In this document: piece by piece, positions 41,528-54,225 of the stretch | How the letters are laid out: the number at the start of each line of letters is the position of its first letter | How positions within the stretch are numbered: position 1 is the first letter of the stretch | Assembly (NCBI GenBank): GCA_951406725.2 | Contig: OX597830.1 | Location: 40,362,001-40,426,000 of the forward strand | Direction of reading: 5' to 3' | Origin: Octopus vulgaris | Taxonomy: Eukaryota | DNA: 64,000 nt | Position numbers and translations under genes: made by a program | The notes under the pieces: model-generated | Told to the model about the DNA's origin: nothing | The model's input: the letters and a program-made list of their open reading frames with translations, nothing else | Databases searched by the model: none

Positions 41528-42529
41528 CAAAGGTGGCGAGCTGGCAGAATGGTTAGCATGCTGGACAAAATGCTTGGCGATATTTCATCTGCCATTAAGT
41601 CCCGAGTTCAAATTCCGCAGAGGTCAACTTTGCCTTTTATCTTCCCGGGGTCGATAAATTGAGTACCAGTTATGCACTGACGTCATATAATCAACGTATC
41701 CCCTCCCCATAAAAATGGCTGCTTTTGTGGCAAAATTTGAAACTATTATTAAAGCAATAAGCAGGCAGAATCGTTAACAGGCCGAGCAAAATGCTTAGCG
41801 GTATTTCACCAGCCACTACATTCTGAGTTCAAATTCCACCGAGGTCAACTTTGCCTTTCATCCTTCCAAGATCAATGAAATAAATACCAGTTATGCACTG
41901 GGGGTGGAGGCGCAATGGCCCAGTGGTTGGGGCAGCAGACTCGCAGTCGGAGGATGACAGTTTCAATTCCCAGACTGGGCGTTGTGTGTGTTTATTGAGT
42001 GAAAACACCTAAAGCTCCATGAGGCTCCAGCAGTGTCAGTGAAGGAACTCTATAGACCTAGAATTACAGTTGCTATAAAGGACAAATGCCTTCTCTCAGC
42101 TACGTTCTCCAGCCTACAGATATATTCTGAGGCTGGATGCATTTATACTGACCATTCTTGCTACTTTGAACAAATTCATGAGAGGCTAACATCTACTTCT
42201 TCAATTTCACCAAGATGAAAAAGATGATGAGAGCTTGGTCAAAGAAGAAAATATCTGCCCTCAGCTAGCCATTTCAGTTTTGTCCACCATATGATATAAT
42301 CTCTTTTACAATCACTAGAGGGTAAAGAATCAATGCTTGTCCATCATGGCCAAATGGATGTGACAAGTAATCCTCACAAAAAACTTGGATCCGCAAGTCA
42401 ACAATGCTTAAACGTTGAACATATACATGCAAAATTATTACAATGCTCTATACTTCTATATTTAAGAGATGAGGAATTATGTACAGTATTTACAACGGAT
42501 GGATATTTGTCCTCATCTTCTTTGTTGTT

Positions 42530-42575
42530 AACACAATGTTTCAGCTGATATACCCTCAAGCCTTCATCAGGTGTC
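42530..42575 (-). ncRNA. Hammerhead motif, second (inverted) copy with point changes
   Basis: Minus strand reads gacac-CTGATGA-a-ggctt-gagggtatat-cagct-GAAAC-ATT-gtgtt. A CG>CA change breaks the stem III palindrome. Confidence 0.55.
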
Positions 42576-42624
42576 TTGGGGAAATTTCGAACCTGGGTTC
42601 TCATTCCTTAGGTATTTTTCGATG

Positions 42625-42674
<50 letters not shown>

Positions 42675-42849
42675 GTTGATATTCAGGTTACTGCTTGGAA
42701 TCAAACTCGGAATCTTGGGGTTAGTAGCCTGTGCTCTTAACCACTATGCCATATGCCCATGGGCATAAGGCGTAGTGGTTAATAATAATAATAATAACAA
42801 CATTGAAAAATACCTTAGGAATGAGAACTCAGGTTTGAAATTTCCCCAA

Positions 42850-42895
42850 GACACCTGATGAAGGCTGGAGGGTATATCAGCTGAAACGTTGTGTT
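42850..42895 (+). ncRNA. Type-I hammerhead ribozyme motif, intact core
   Basis: gacac-CTGATGA-a-ggctg-gagggtatat-cagct-GAAAC-GTT-gtgtt. Stem I gacac/gtgtt, stem II ggctg/cagct, palindromic AACGTT and a GUU cleavage triplet. Confidence 0.7.
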
Positions 42896-43242
42896 AACAA
42901 CAAACAAGATGAGGACAAATATCGTCAAATGTAAACAATGTAAATAATGCTCTGCACTCATCTCAAAAGAGGCAGGTTAACAACAGTTCTGAGCCAGTAG
43001 AGCTTACCCCATATCAGCAACATTCTCCTCCTCCCCACCTCACCAATAGCAAAGTCAGGTAACGGCTTTTTAGAAGTTGTGCCAATAGATCCACAGCTGA
43101 AAGTGCTCTAGAGTAGGTTTTATCAATCATGAATCTTCCCAAATATAACAATATTGGTTTCAACACAAAGTTTGAAATCAAAATTCTTGCAAAACAAATT
43201 CAAAATCGAAAATTATTAAAGTTTTATGGAAAACAAACTTAC

Positions 43243-43359
43243 TTGCAATTGACTGAGATTGGAAACATGAGTGCCACAGCACATGTTATTGTCAATTCCT
43301 TCAAAACATATAACTCTAACTGCTCCAACATGATCTTCAGGCAATCCACGAGCACGGAC
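43243..43359 (-). CDS. AARSD1: AARSD1 exon, 117 bp, with the CxxxH zinc-binding editing motif
   Basis: ccaaag|GTC CGT...TTG CAA|gtaagt encodes VRARGLPEDHVGAVRVICFEGIDNNMCCGTHVSNLSQLQ. CCGTH is the AlaX/AlaRS editing-site motif. Phase 0-0. Confidence 0.96.
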
Positions 43360-43733
43360 CTTTGGAAGATAAAGAATTTCAAAGAGAATTAGGCATGTTA
43401 CATGGAATATCTGTCATTTGTCAGTCTAATTCTTTATCATCCTCAAGAATAACTGCTATGAAGATATATAAAAGTTTAGAGCTGTACGCTATGAAGATGG
43501 AGAAATGTCAAAATGAACATGATTTATAAACTTAAACCAAAATCTTCAGAGTCTTAAATCACATCTTTAGAATATTTTAAATAGAAGTGAAAAGGTGGAA
43601 TGGATAATAGACTGAAGTGCAAGCATCAGTCTGCTGTTGGTATGGGTGGTTTGGAGGTAGGACATTTAATTCTATATTCCTCAATACACTTAGCTAGAAG
43701 TAGGAACTAAAACTGATGATAATTATCTAGAAT

Positions 43734-43899
43734 TACCGTATTTTAATGTGTATAAGGAACCTCTTAATTTGGGGGGCTTAAAATTTGGGAAAAAGGTTTT
43801 CTAAGGGATTATAATACTATCCATTTATAAGAAACTCCCATATTTTTTAAACCTAACTTTTGACAAAAAAGGGTTCCTTATACACGTTAAAATACAGGA
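43734..43899. mobile_element. Short pogo/Tc1-like MITE
   Basis: Left TA|ccgtattttaatgtgtataaggaacc versus the reverse complement of the right end, cctgtattttaacgtgtataaggaacc. Confidence 0.75.
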
Positions 43900-44259
43900 A
43901 TTAATGCCACTTAATGGCATTTCTTCTGGCTTTATGTTCTGAATTCAAACTCCATAGAGGTTGATTTTGCCTTCCATCCTTCCATGGGCCAATAAAATAA
44001 GTACCAGTTATGCACTAGGGTTGATGCACTCAACTAACTTCATACCCCAAACTTAATGAGGCATCCAGAGAAAAATAGGCATTTTTTTTCACTCAATTCA
44101 CTTTGCAGCCACACGGGGTCTGGGTTCAGTCCCACTGCATGGCACCTCGGCAAGTAAGTGTCTTCTACTATAGCTCCAGATCATCTAATGCCTTTTTAGT
44201 GAATTTGGTAGAGAGAAACTGTGTGGAAACCTGTCGTATATGTGTGTGCACACATCTGC

Positions 44260-44303
<44 letters not shown>

Positions 44304-44958
44304 TTGTCCTGCACTATGACTTGACAACTGGTGTCGGTTTGTTTGTGTCCTCATAATCTGGTGGGACTACAAAAAAGAACAATAGAACTCGTGTCAAATT
44401 TCAAAAAATAAGTACTACAGTTGATTTGTTCAATTAAACATTTCAAGGCAGAGCTCCAGCATGGCCAGAGTGCAATAACTGAAAACAAGTTAAAAGATGA
44501 AGGATCCAGTGAACGATTGAACATAATTTAATTTAATAAACCAATTATAGATTAAATTGAGGATCCTTAATTAATCATAGGAAGTTTTCATTATTTATTT
44601 CGTCAGCTTCTTATTGCTTTAGTTGGTGTTTAGTGATAAGTTATTTGGGATCATGTAACCCTATGATTGAGATGCTCCAACCATGACCACCAGTATGTCT
44701 ATGTTTGATCTTTCTAGAATGTAAGGATAAATCTTGAAGGGGAGTATCTTGTGCATAGAGAAAGCAGGAAGAAGTCCCACCAATATCTGTACGAAACAGA
44801 GGACACATATCACCAACATCATTTAATGCTCTTTTTTCCATGCTGGCATGGGTTGGACAGTTTGGTGACAGCTGCACCAGGTTCTAGTTTTGAATTTTGG
44901 TTTCATCTCTATGGCAGGATGACCTTCCTAACACCAACCATTTTACAGAGTGTACTTG

Positions 44959-45481
44959 GTGCTTTTTATGTGACACTGACATAAGTGATTTTTTATGTGA
45001 CACCAGAACAAGTGCTTTTTATGTGGCACCAAAACAAGTGCTTTTTATGTGGCACCAGAACAAGTACTTTTTATGTGGAACCAGAACAAGTGCTTTTATG
45101 TGGCACCAGAACAAGTGCTTTTTATGTGGCACCAGAACAAGTGATTTTTATGTGGCACCAGAACAAGTACTTTTTATGTGGCACCAGAACAAGTGCTTTT
45201 TATGTGGCACCAGAACAAGTACTTTTTATGTGGCACCAGAACAAGTGCTTTTTATGTGGCACCAGAACAAGTACTTTTTATGTGGCACCAGAACAAGTGA
45301 TTTTTATGTGGCACCAGAACAAGTGCTTTTTATGTGGTACTAGAACAAGTGCTTTTACGTGGGACCAACACAAGTGCTTTTTATGTGGCACCAACACGAG
45401 TGCTTTTTATGCAGCACCAACACAGATGCTTTTTATGTAGAACCAACACGAGTGCTTTTTATGTGTTACATGGCACCAGCA
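44959..45481. repeat. 26-bp minisatellite (about 20 copies) inside a SINE
   Basis: Unit gcaccagaacaagtgctttttatgtg. It directly continues the SINE motif gtgctttttatgtgccaccagcac. Confidence 0.92.
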
Positions 45482-47167
45482 CAGGTTACCCTTTGCATTG
45501 AGAGAGTGGATATATCTGCTCAAAAGTTTATTGCTGTAAACTGCGGAAAGCTGTTTTACCCCAATAGCTTTGAAAGAAAACCTCTCTTCTTATGTTGCAA
45601 AAAGTAGAGACACCTCCAGTGGCTCTGAACAAAAGACAATTTTTCAGATTTTCTTAATTTTTTCACATATTCCATCAAATATCTCTTTAGAGAATAAAAA
45701 TCAAATACTTCTGGTGGTGGATATGAAAACTATACCTGCAGAAGATATTGAAAAGGTATTGCTGAAGCATAAAATGCCAATTCCATTTTGCGGTGGATAA
45801 TTTACATCATTATGGGAAATGACCATGAAATTTAATTAGAACAGTCAAAAGGCTAAAGAACTTGAGTGGTCTGCAGACAACTTGTGCAACGGCTGAAAAG
45901 AATACATTAACACATTCATTGCAAAACTTCACACAAGTTCCATTAACACAGACTGTGGCAGTTAACGTGTTAATGATAATAACAATGATAATCATACTGT
46001 AGCAAAGCCGATGCTGTGAACATTTTGTCAACTTGGAACATAGCTTAGAAACTGTTTTGCACAAAAGCTATAATGTAACACATGTTGAAATAGAGGTTGA
46101 CACAGAAAAACTTAAACAAAAGGACAATAACTCTTTCAACTGGCTTCCATGGAACCAGACATGTTGAGTTGTAGAAAAAGCATGTAGATATTTAGATAGA
46201 TATATCGAGTCAATTATACTGACTTCTACTAGGAACATTCAAGAGGTTTAACTACAAATAACAATATCAGTGAATATAGAATAAAACTTAGAACAGGAAA
46301 TAACACAACCATCAATGATATAAACTAATTTTTTTACTTTTTACTTTACCATTCTTCAACAAAGTTGCAATACACAACTGTAAGCAATCATCCTATTATG
46401 TATTCTTCCATATGTATATAAATCGATCAACATCAATGGAAATTGTAGCTGTGATACCAGTGCCAGTGGCACGTAAGAGAACCATCTGAACGTGGCTGTT
46501 GCCAGTGCCGCCCTGACTGGCCTCCGTGCTGGTGGTATGTAAAAAGCACCATCTGATCGTGGCCATTGCCAGACCCGCCTGGCCTCCGTGCCGGTGGCAC
46601 GTAAAAAGCACCATCCAATCGTGGCCGTTTGCCAGCTTCATCTGGCATGTAAATGCACCCACTACACTCATGGAGTGGTTGGCATTAGGAAGGGCATCCA
46701 GCCGTAGAAACATTGCCAGATCAGACTGGGCCTGGTGCAGCCTTCTGGCTTCCCAGACCCCAGTTGAACCGTCCAGCCCATGCTAGCATGGAAAGCGGAC
46801 GCTAAACGATGATGATGATGATGATGATGATGATGATATATATATATATATGTTATTGTTTATTCTTTCTTGAGCTATGCCTGGCTCATAAGGGCCAGTT
46901 TCCCAGTTTCGTTGGCATTTAGGTTCCCCATCTTGATGGGAAGCCGTTCCATCACAGCTGAGCTGCTAGATGCAGGAAAGAGTGAGAGAAAGTTGTGGCG
47001 AAAGAGTCAGCAGAAGTTTGGCATTATCTTCTGCCGGAGGCGCATGGAGCTTAGGTGTTTTGTTCATAAACATACATCGCCCACTCTGAGATTCAAACCC
47101 GCAATCTCTCGACTGCAAGTCCCCTGCTCTAACCACTAGGCTATGTGCCTCTACACACACACATATA

Positions 47168-47241
<74 letters not shown>

Positions 47242-47306
47242 TATGTATATATATGTATATATATACATAAATCTGGAGAAGGAGCACGCTCTAAGATGTA
47301 GAGCAG

Positions 47307-47509
47307 TGTATATTTTAATGGGGGAGGCTGGTTTATGGGATTATCCTGGGTTTCGCTTTATGGCGTATAATCAGACCCCAAAACCTGTTGGCCAATAACC
47401 TCTTTAAAATATGGAGTGGTGGGGAAAAGGGTCTGACAAGACACAATAAAACTAAACCCTTTATGGATGGGAAACCCAGGGTAATCCATAAACTGTCCTT
47501 CCCCAATTA

Positions 47510-47513
<4 letters not shown>
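47307..47513. repeat. Small inverted-repeat element embedded in (TA)n
   Basis: ttaatgggggaggctggtttatgggattatcctgggtttc mirrors gaaacccagggtaatccataaactgtccttccccaattaa. Degenerate gggtCTGA...GAAACcc motifs are present on both strands. Confidence 0.65.
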
Positions 47514-47596
<83 letters not shown>

Positions 47597-47769
47597 AGGG
47601 TCACATAAAAGCACCCAACAAACTCTGTAAAGTGGTTGGTGTTAGGAAGGGCATTGAGCCATAGAAATCATGCCACATAGAAAATGGATGTTTAAGTTTG
47701 ATGATGATGATGGATCACACACACACGCATATGTGCACACACATGTGTACATACACACATACATTCATG

Positions 47770-48270
47770 CTTGTACAGACATCCAAAAGTGGTGTTGGCT
47801 TTGGCAATGAATTTGTCAACATCCTTTCTAAAAGTTCTATCATTAGAAATGACACTCCCCATGTAGGTGAAGCATTTGACCTCATTAAGGGGCACCCTTC
47901 AATGTTACATTTATGGTGGTTGGTATGTGGCATATGGTAGTTTCTTGAACAGTACTTCAGTTTTCTTCAGACTGATGATGCCTAAAGGCTTTGGCTGCCT
48001 TAGTAAAGCTAGAAACAACTGTCTAAAGGACCACCTTTGCATGTGCTAGAATGGTGCAGTCATTTGCAGATAATAGGTCAAGGTTGAGCTCTTCCAGAGT
48101 CGTTGTGTGAGCAAGAAGCCTGTAAAGGTTGAATATGTTCTTGTCAGCACAGAAACAGATGTAGATACTCTTGTACAACTTCTCCTTGGCCTCCTATAAC
48201 ATCTTGTTGAAGATTGCAATGCAAGTTAGGGCCAGACTACCACCCTGTTTCATGTTGTTCTCAATAGCAG
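47770..48270 (-). mobile_element. RTE-clade LINE reverse transcriptase fragment
   Basis: Minus-strand remnants 'KQGG..LA', 'LLSADD'-like and 'PLNEVKCFTYMGSVISND...DVDKFIAKANTTFGCL'. Confidence 0.75.
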
Positions 48271-48319
48271 AACTAAGCGTGGCATCTGTCCACTAAAATA
48301 AAAGTCTCCCAGGAGGTTG

Positions 48320-48350
<31 letters not shown>

Positions 48351-48440
48351 GGGAGAATTCACGAAAAAAACAAAAGATGAAGACAGGTGGTGTAGAAAGC
48401 AAACATATGTATTAGTATAATACTCGGGAATTGAAAAAGT

Positions 48441-48476
48441 CTTTAACGTTTCGAGCCTATGCTCTTCCACAGAAAG
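48441..48476 (-). ncRNA. Hammerhead-like motif with non-canonical core (CUGUGGA)
   Basis: Minus strand reads cttt-CTGTGGA-a-gagc-atag-gctc-GAAAC-GTT-aaag. Stems I and II are perfect, but A6 of the core is replaced. Lies in an element of about 135 bp between (TA)n and (TG)n. Confidence 0.5.
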
Positions 48477-48484
48477 GAACACAG

Positions 48485-48525
<41 letters not shown>

Positions 48526-49192
48526 CATGCATTATTATGAAAGAATAGTTAATTTGCACTCTACCAAGTGTGTTGAGCAATCCTTCAGTTTAATGTAAAA
48601 TATTTTGATTGTAGCATTAAAACAAACATTAATACGTGTGCACGCATACACACACACACATACACACACACACACAGAGTAACGACCATCTATCCATCTT
48701 CTAGAAATCTTTGAATACTGTGCAACACCATGTATTGAGTAAACAGACTCTGTTTTTGAAGTTGGTTAATTTGCATATTGAGTGTTAAAAATAATTCTGT
48801 CCTTTACCTTTCTTGTGTGGATCAATAAAGATTAAACATATTCTGCTTTAGAAGTGTATTAATTTGAATCTGTATCTGTTAAATGAAATTATGTTCTTTA
48901 CTCTCCTTTGTTTAATTTTCATCCTATAAACGTTATACTGTATACATAACAGAGTATGGTGTATTTAAAGAGTTTTAAGTGGATTAATAAATATCAAATA
49001 GACCCTGCTTTAGAAGTGTGTTAATGGGAATCTGCTATGCACAATTTAGTTCTTTACTTTTCACAGTTTATTTTATATTCTAAGTTTATATTTAGGGTAT
49101 CTCCAGAAAACCGAAAAATCCAGGAATGTGGGCCATCTCCGGTTTCAAACTTGCAAGACACATAATACAATTGTGTGTGTGTGTGTGTATGC

Positions 49193-49245
<53 letters not shown>

Positions 49246-49306
49246 TGTCTGTCTGTCTGTCTGTCTGACTATCTGTCAATTTATCTATCTATCTATCTAT
49301 CTATTG

Positions 49307-50179
49307 ACAAGCTTTGATCAATAAGTATCCAGACTGTTGCCATAGTAACAAAGCTAAAGCACAGAGAATAAAGCTGCTTGGCAAAGATTGACCTTCAACT
49401 CTGCTGTACATGTGCACTAACTTTTAACGGTCTAGCTCAATACTGCTGTTTACAGCAGTGCTTGGAAGGAAGGTGTGTAGTGTGTGATCATTGCATTGAC
49501 CATGACAGAGAAAGTTGTCATAGCGACACCTGCTCAGAAGCCTGTGCAAAGTTACAGAAAGTGTATAGAGAGGAGTGTATGAGCAGTGTACAAGTGGTTT
49601 AGACGTTTCCAAGATTGCCATAAAAATGTCGAAATTAACAAACATTCTAGGAGACCTGTAACCAGCAGAACTGAGAAAAACATCACAGATGTGCATTTAG
49701 CTGTGAGGGGAAATCATCGAATCACCATCCATAAGTTATCAGAGGATGTGCAGATTAGTTACGGTTCAGTTCAGTCCGTTATCATTGAAGATTTGAGTAT
49801 GAGAGCATGTCTGCCAAGTTTGTGCCAAAACTGCTTTCAGCTGGCCAAAAAGATACCTGGGTTTCAGTTGCACAAGATCTCCTTGGTTAAACTTTTTGAA
49901 AACTTTGCATAGGCCTCTGAACAGGTATTGCCAAGTTTTTGGCAAAATTTGATACAGATCCTCTGCTCAACTTTCTCTTTCATGGTCAATGCAATGATCA
50001 CACATTACACACCTTCCTTCCAAGCACTGCTGTAATCAGAGGAAGTGAGCTAGAATGTTAAAACTTAGTGCATATGCACAGGGAAGTTCAAGGTCAAACT
50101 GTGCCATGTGGAATAATTCTGTGTGCTTTAGCTTCGTTACTATGGCAACCGTCCAAATACTTATTGATTAGGCCACATA
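49307..50179 (+). mobile_element. Second mariner-like non-autonomous element with >200-bp TIRs
   Basis: Same family as 129-915, opposite orientation. HTH remnant 'YKWFRRFQDCHKNVEINKHSRRPVTSRTEKNITDVHLAVRGNHRITIHKLSEDVQISYGSVQSVI'. The right end repeats the left end in inverse into the start of the coding region. Confidence 0.85.
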
Positions 50180-50207
50180 TCCATCCATCTATCAGTTTAT
50201 CTATCTA

Positions 50208-50249
<42 letters not shown>

Positions 50250-50542
50250 CATCTATCTATCCATCTCAAGTGTTGGGCCTCCAGGAGGCAATGAGGAATG
50301 ACTGAGGCCTTTGGGATTATGTCATGCTTGAGAAGAAGAGCCATTGAGCTGAGTAAAATCACAGTCATGGCAGATACTGTTGTCACACAAATGGCACCTG
50401 TGCCAGTGACACGTAAAAGCATCCATTACACTTTCAGTGTGGTTGGCATTAGGAAGAGAAACCAGTTGTAGAAACGATGCCAAATCAGACTGGCATCTGG
50501 TGCAGCCTTCCAGCTTGCCAGCCCTGGTCAAATCGTCCAACC

Positions 50543-50601
<59 letters not shown>

Positions 50602-50912
50602 GCACATACATGTACATATATAAATGCATATAAAATCATCATCATCATCATCATCATTATTTTTATGTCTGTTATTTATGCATATATGGTGTGGATGAAT
50701 CTATTGCAACACATCAACCTATCACTTGTTGCATTCATTTGCTATCTCCTTTGTGTGGTTCGGCATCCTGAGATCAGTCTTCACTGCTTCTACCCACCTT
50801 TTTTTTTGGTCTTCCTCTTCTATTGGCTCCTTCCACACCAATCCCCTGGAAATCCATCCATCCATCCATCCATCCATACATACATACATACATACATACA
50901 TACATACATACA

Positions 50913-50944
<32 letters not shown>

Positions 50945-51236
50945 AAATGAATTAAATTTGGGGTTATGTTCTACATGCATGAATAAATTCTAAACAACAT
51001 AACCCCAAATTTAATCAATTAAAGAAATTATTTTTCAAAACACCTCTTCCATAACAACTTTGATATGATATCAAGGCAAGACTAACTCTAATACATCACA
51101 GTCCAACAATAGCTTAGCTGGCCAACATTTCAAAGTCACTGTCAACAACATTCTTTTTTAAGAATAATATATTTACCAATTTACCATTTACTATTATTGC
51201 AGTAATAATCTTCACCCCCATCACTACCATCAACAT

Positions 51237-52140
51237 CAATGACAAGAATGACAACACTATCATCAACATCAATGACAAGAACGACAACACTACCACCAAC
51301 GTCAATGACAAGAATGACAACACTACCACCAACGTCAATGACAAGAATGACAACACTACCACCAATGTCAACGACAAGAATGACAACACTACCACCAATG
51401 TCAATTACAAGACTGACAACACTACCACCAATGTCAATGACAAGAATGACAACACTACCACCAACGTCAATGACAAGAATGATTACACTACCACCGACGT
51501 CAATGACAAGACTGACAACACCACCACCAACGTCAATGACAAGAATGGTAACACTACCACCAACGTCAATGACAAGAATGACAACACTACCACCAACGTC
51601 AATGACAAGAATGACAACACTACCACCAACGTCAATGACAAGAATGACAACACTACCACCAACGTCAATGACAAGAATGATTACACTACCACCGACGTCA
51701 ATGACAAGACTGACAACACCACCACCAACGTCAATGACAAGAATGATAACACTACCACCAACGTCAATGACAAGAATGACAACACTACCACCAACGTCAA
51801 TGACAAGAATGACAACACTACCACCAACGTCAATGACAAGAATGACAACACTACCACCAACGTCAATGACAAGAATGATTACACTACCACCAACGTCAAT
51901 GACAAGAATGACAACACCACCACCAACGTCAATGACAAGAATGACAACACTACCACCAACGTCAATGACAAGAATGACAACACAACCACCAACGTCAATG
52001 ACAAGAATGACAACACTACCACCAACGTCAATGACAAGACTGACAACACTACCACCAACGTCAATGACAAGACTGACAGCACTACCACCAACGTCAATGA
52101 CAAGAATGATTACACTACCACCAACATCAATGACAAGAAT
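51237..52140. repeat. 33-bp minisatellite (about 27 copies)
   Basis: Unit caatgacaagaatgacaacactaccaccaacgt, very homogeneous. It produces the spurious 330-aa (MTRMTTLPPTS)n ORF. Confidence 0.95.
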
Positions 52141-53160
52141 TCAAACCATTGAAGGAACTCTTTTGCTGGTGCTTATCCTGTTTCAAAAAACCACTAAATC
52201 TTGCTTCAATTACATCATACTGTCTTTATAAAGAAAAAAGAAACATATATTGGATAACGAAGCCTAGGAAAACATTTAAGTGGGATGGTCGCATCTAGAA
52301 TGTCTTTGATTATTATAAGTCTGATTACAGGCCATGTTAAAACAATAGCTAGACAACAACTGGAATTTTGGTGCAGGCATGGTTCTGCAGTTAAGAAGCT
52401 TGAGATCCTGGGTTCAGTCCCACAGTGTGGTACTTCGGGAAAGTGTTATCTACTATATCCCGGAGCCAACCAAAGTTTTGTGAGAGGATTTGGTAAATGG
52501 AAACTGAAAGACCTGTCGTGTGTGTGTGAATGAAAAGCACTTGTACTGGTGCCACACAAAAGGCACTTGTGCCGATGCTGTGTACGAAGCACTCATGTTG
52601 GCTCCATGTAAAAGTTCTTGTGCAGGCATGACATAGAAGCTCACATACCAGTACCATGTAAAAAGCACCCAGCACCCTCTGTAAAGTGGTTAGAACTAGG
52701 AAAGGCATCCAGCCATAGAAACCATGCCACAACAGACAAATGGTGCTGGAGCAGTTCTTCAGCTAGTAAGCTCCTGTCAAACCGTTCGACCCAGGCCAGC
52801 ATGGAAAACAGACGTTAAATGATGATGATCATCATCATGATACACACACGTGTGTGTATAAGCATGTGTGAATGTTTGTGAGTACCCTTGTCTAGACATC
52901 ATATGACGGTCGTAAACGAGCATCCCTGTCATACAAGTGAGGTTGATCGTTTCTAATCTTTTGTGAAAAACATGTCTAGCCATCGGGAAGTATTTATTAC
53001 CTTGCCTTGCTTGGCAAACAAATGAGGGTTGGTGACTGAAAGGGCATCCAGCTGCAGAAAATCTGCCTCAACAAATTCTATCTGACCCCATACAGGAATT
53101 GAGGGGGGGGGGTAAGGACATTCAATGATGATGACAATGATGATTATGATGATGATGATA

Positions 53161-53194
<34 letters not shown>

Positions 53195-53584
53195 CAATGA
53201 TGATATAAAATTTTACTAAAAGATGACCATTCACTTAATCACCTGAAACTGCCACCACCACCGCCACCAATACAACAACAACAACAACAGGAACAAGATG
53301 AAAGAGAAACTCTTTACTATATCACTGTAAAAACATATTATACAAGAATGGCAGGGGTTGAATCAAAATGAGATTAATCATTATTCTTATTACATTTCAT
53401 GTAATTTGAATCACAAGAAGATGGATGGCTCAGAACAAGGAAATATGGTGACTGATGGACTGACACATCTAAGGGAATCTAATGTATTTTTTTTTACCTC
53501 TGATTCTGCCACAAAATGTATTTGTTTAGCAAGAGTAGATTGCTTATGATTATTATTATTATTATTATTATTATTATAATAATA

Positions 53585-53632
<48 letters not shown>

Positions 53633-54186
53633 TTAATTCAAATTTAATTTTTGCTTTTGTTTTTGTTTTTTCAGTCTATAAAAGTCAAGTAAGGAAAAAT
53701 ATTTTTTAAATCAAAAATTTTTTTTAAATTAAAAAATTTTTTGAATTTAAAGAAAATTTAAAAATTGTCACAATATGATAAAGTAGGAATTTATCTTATT
53801 TTCAACTTATGTTCTTTTCCTTTCATTTATTTTTTTCATTTTTCTTTTTGTTATTTTCTTTTAATCTTGTTCCACCACCACACACACACATACACACCTC
53901 CACAACTCTCAATAAATTTGCTGAAAATCTTTCAAAACTAAATTAATATTCGAAATGAAATTTTAAAAGAACTAATAATAATAATAATGATGATGATGAT
54001 AATAATAATGATAATAATAATAATAATAATATAATATTAAAAAAAATAAAAATGAAAATAATGAAAATTTTGTGAAGAAACAAACATTTTAAATTTTAAA
54101 AGATTTTTGGAGGAACTTTGTCTGTTTTTGATATCGTTGTTATTGAATTTTCTAATTGAAAATTCATTTTCTTCCAATTTTCAAAC

Positions 54187-54225
<39 letters not shown>

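Larger units (their letters stand above)
42460..42965. mobile_element. Head-to-head inverted element: tRNA-derived head + (AAT)n + hammerhead-bearing body
   Basis: Arms at about 42471-42675 and 42781-42952 are reverse complements, with a central palindrome at 42738-42782. Minus-strand A box TGGCATAGTGG (42741-42751) and B box GTTTGATTCC (42697-42706). Confidence 0.8.

Noticed and set aside
44959-45481. CRISPR-like array
   Set aside because: The units abut with no unique spacers, the context is eukaryotic and there are no cas genes.
51239-52231. 330-aa mucin-like ORF as a gene
   Set aside because: It is the 33-bp minisatellite read in frame, with no signal peptide or unique domain.
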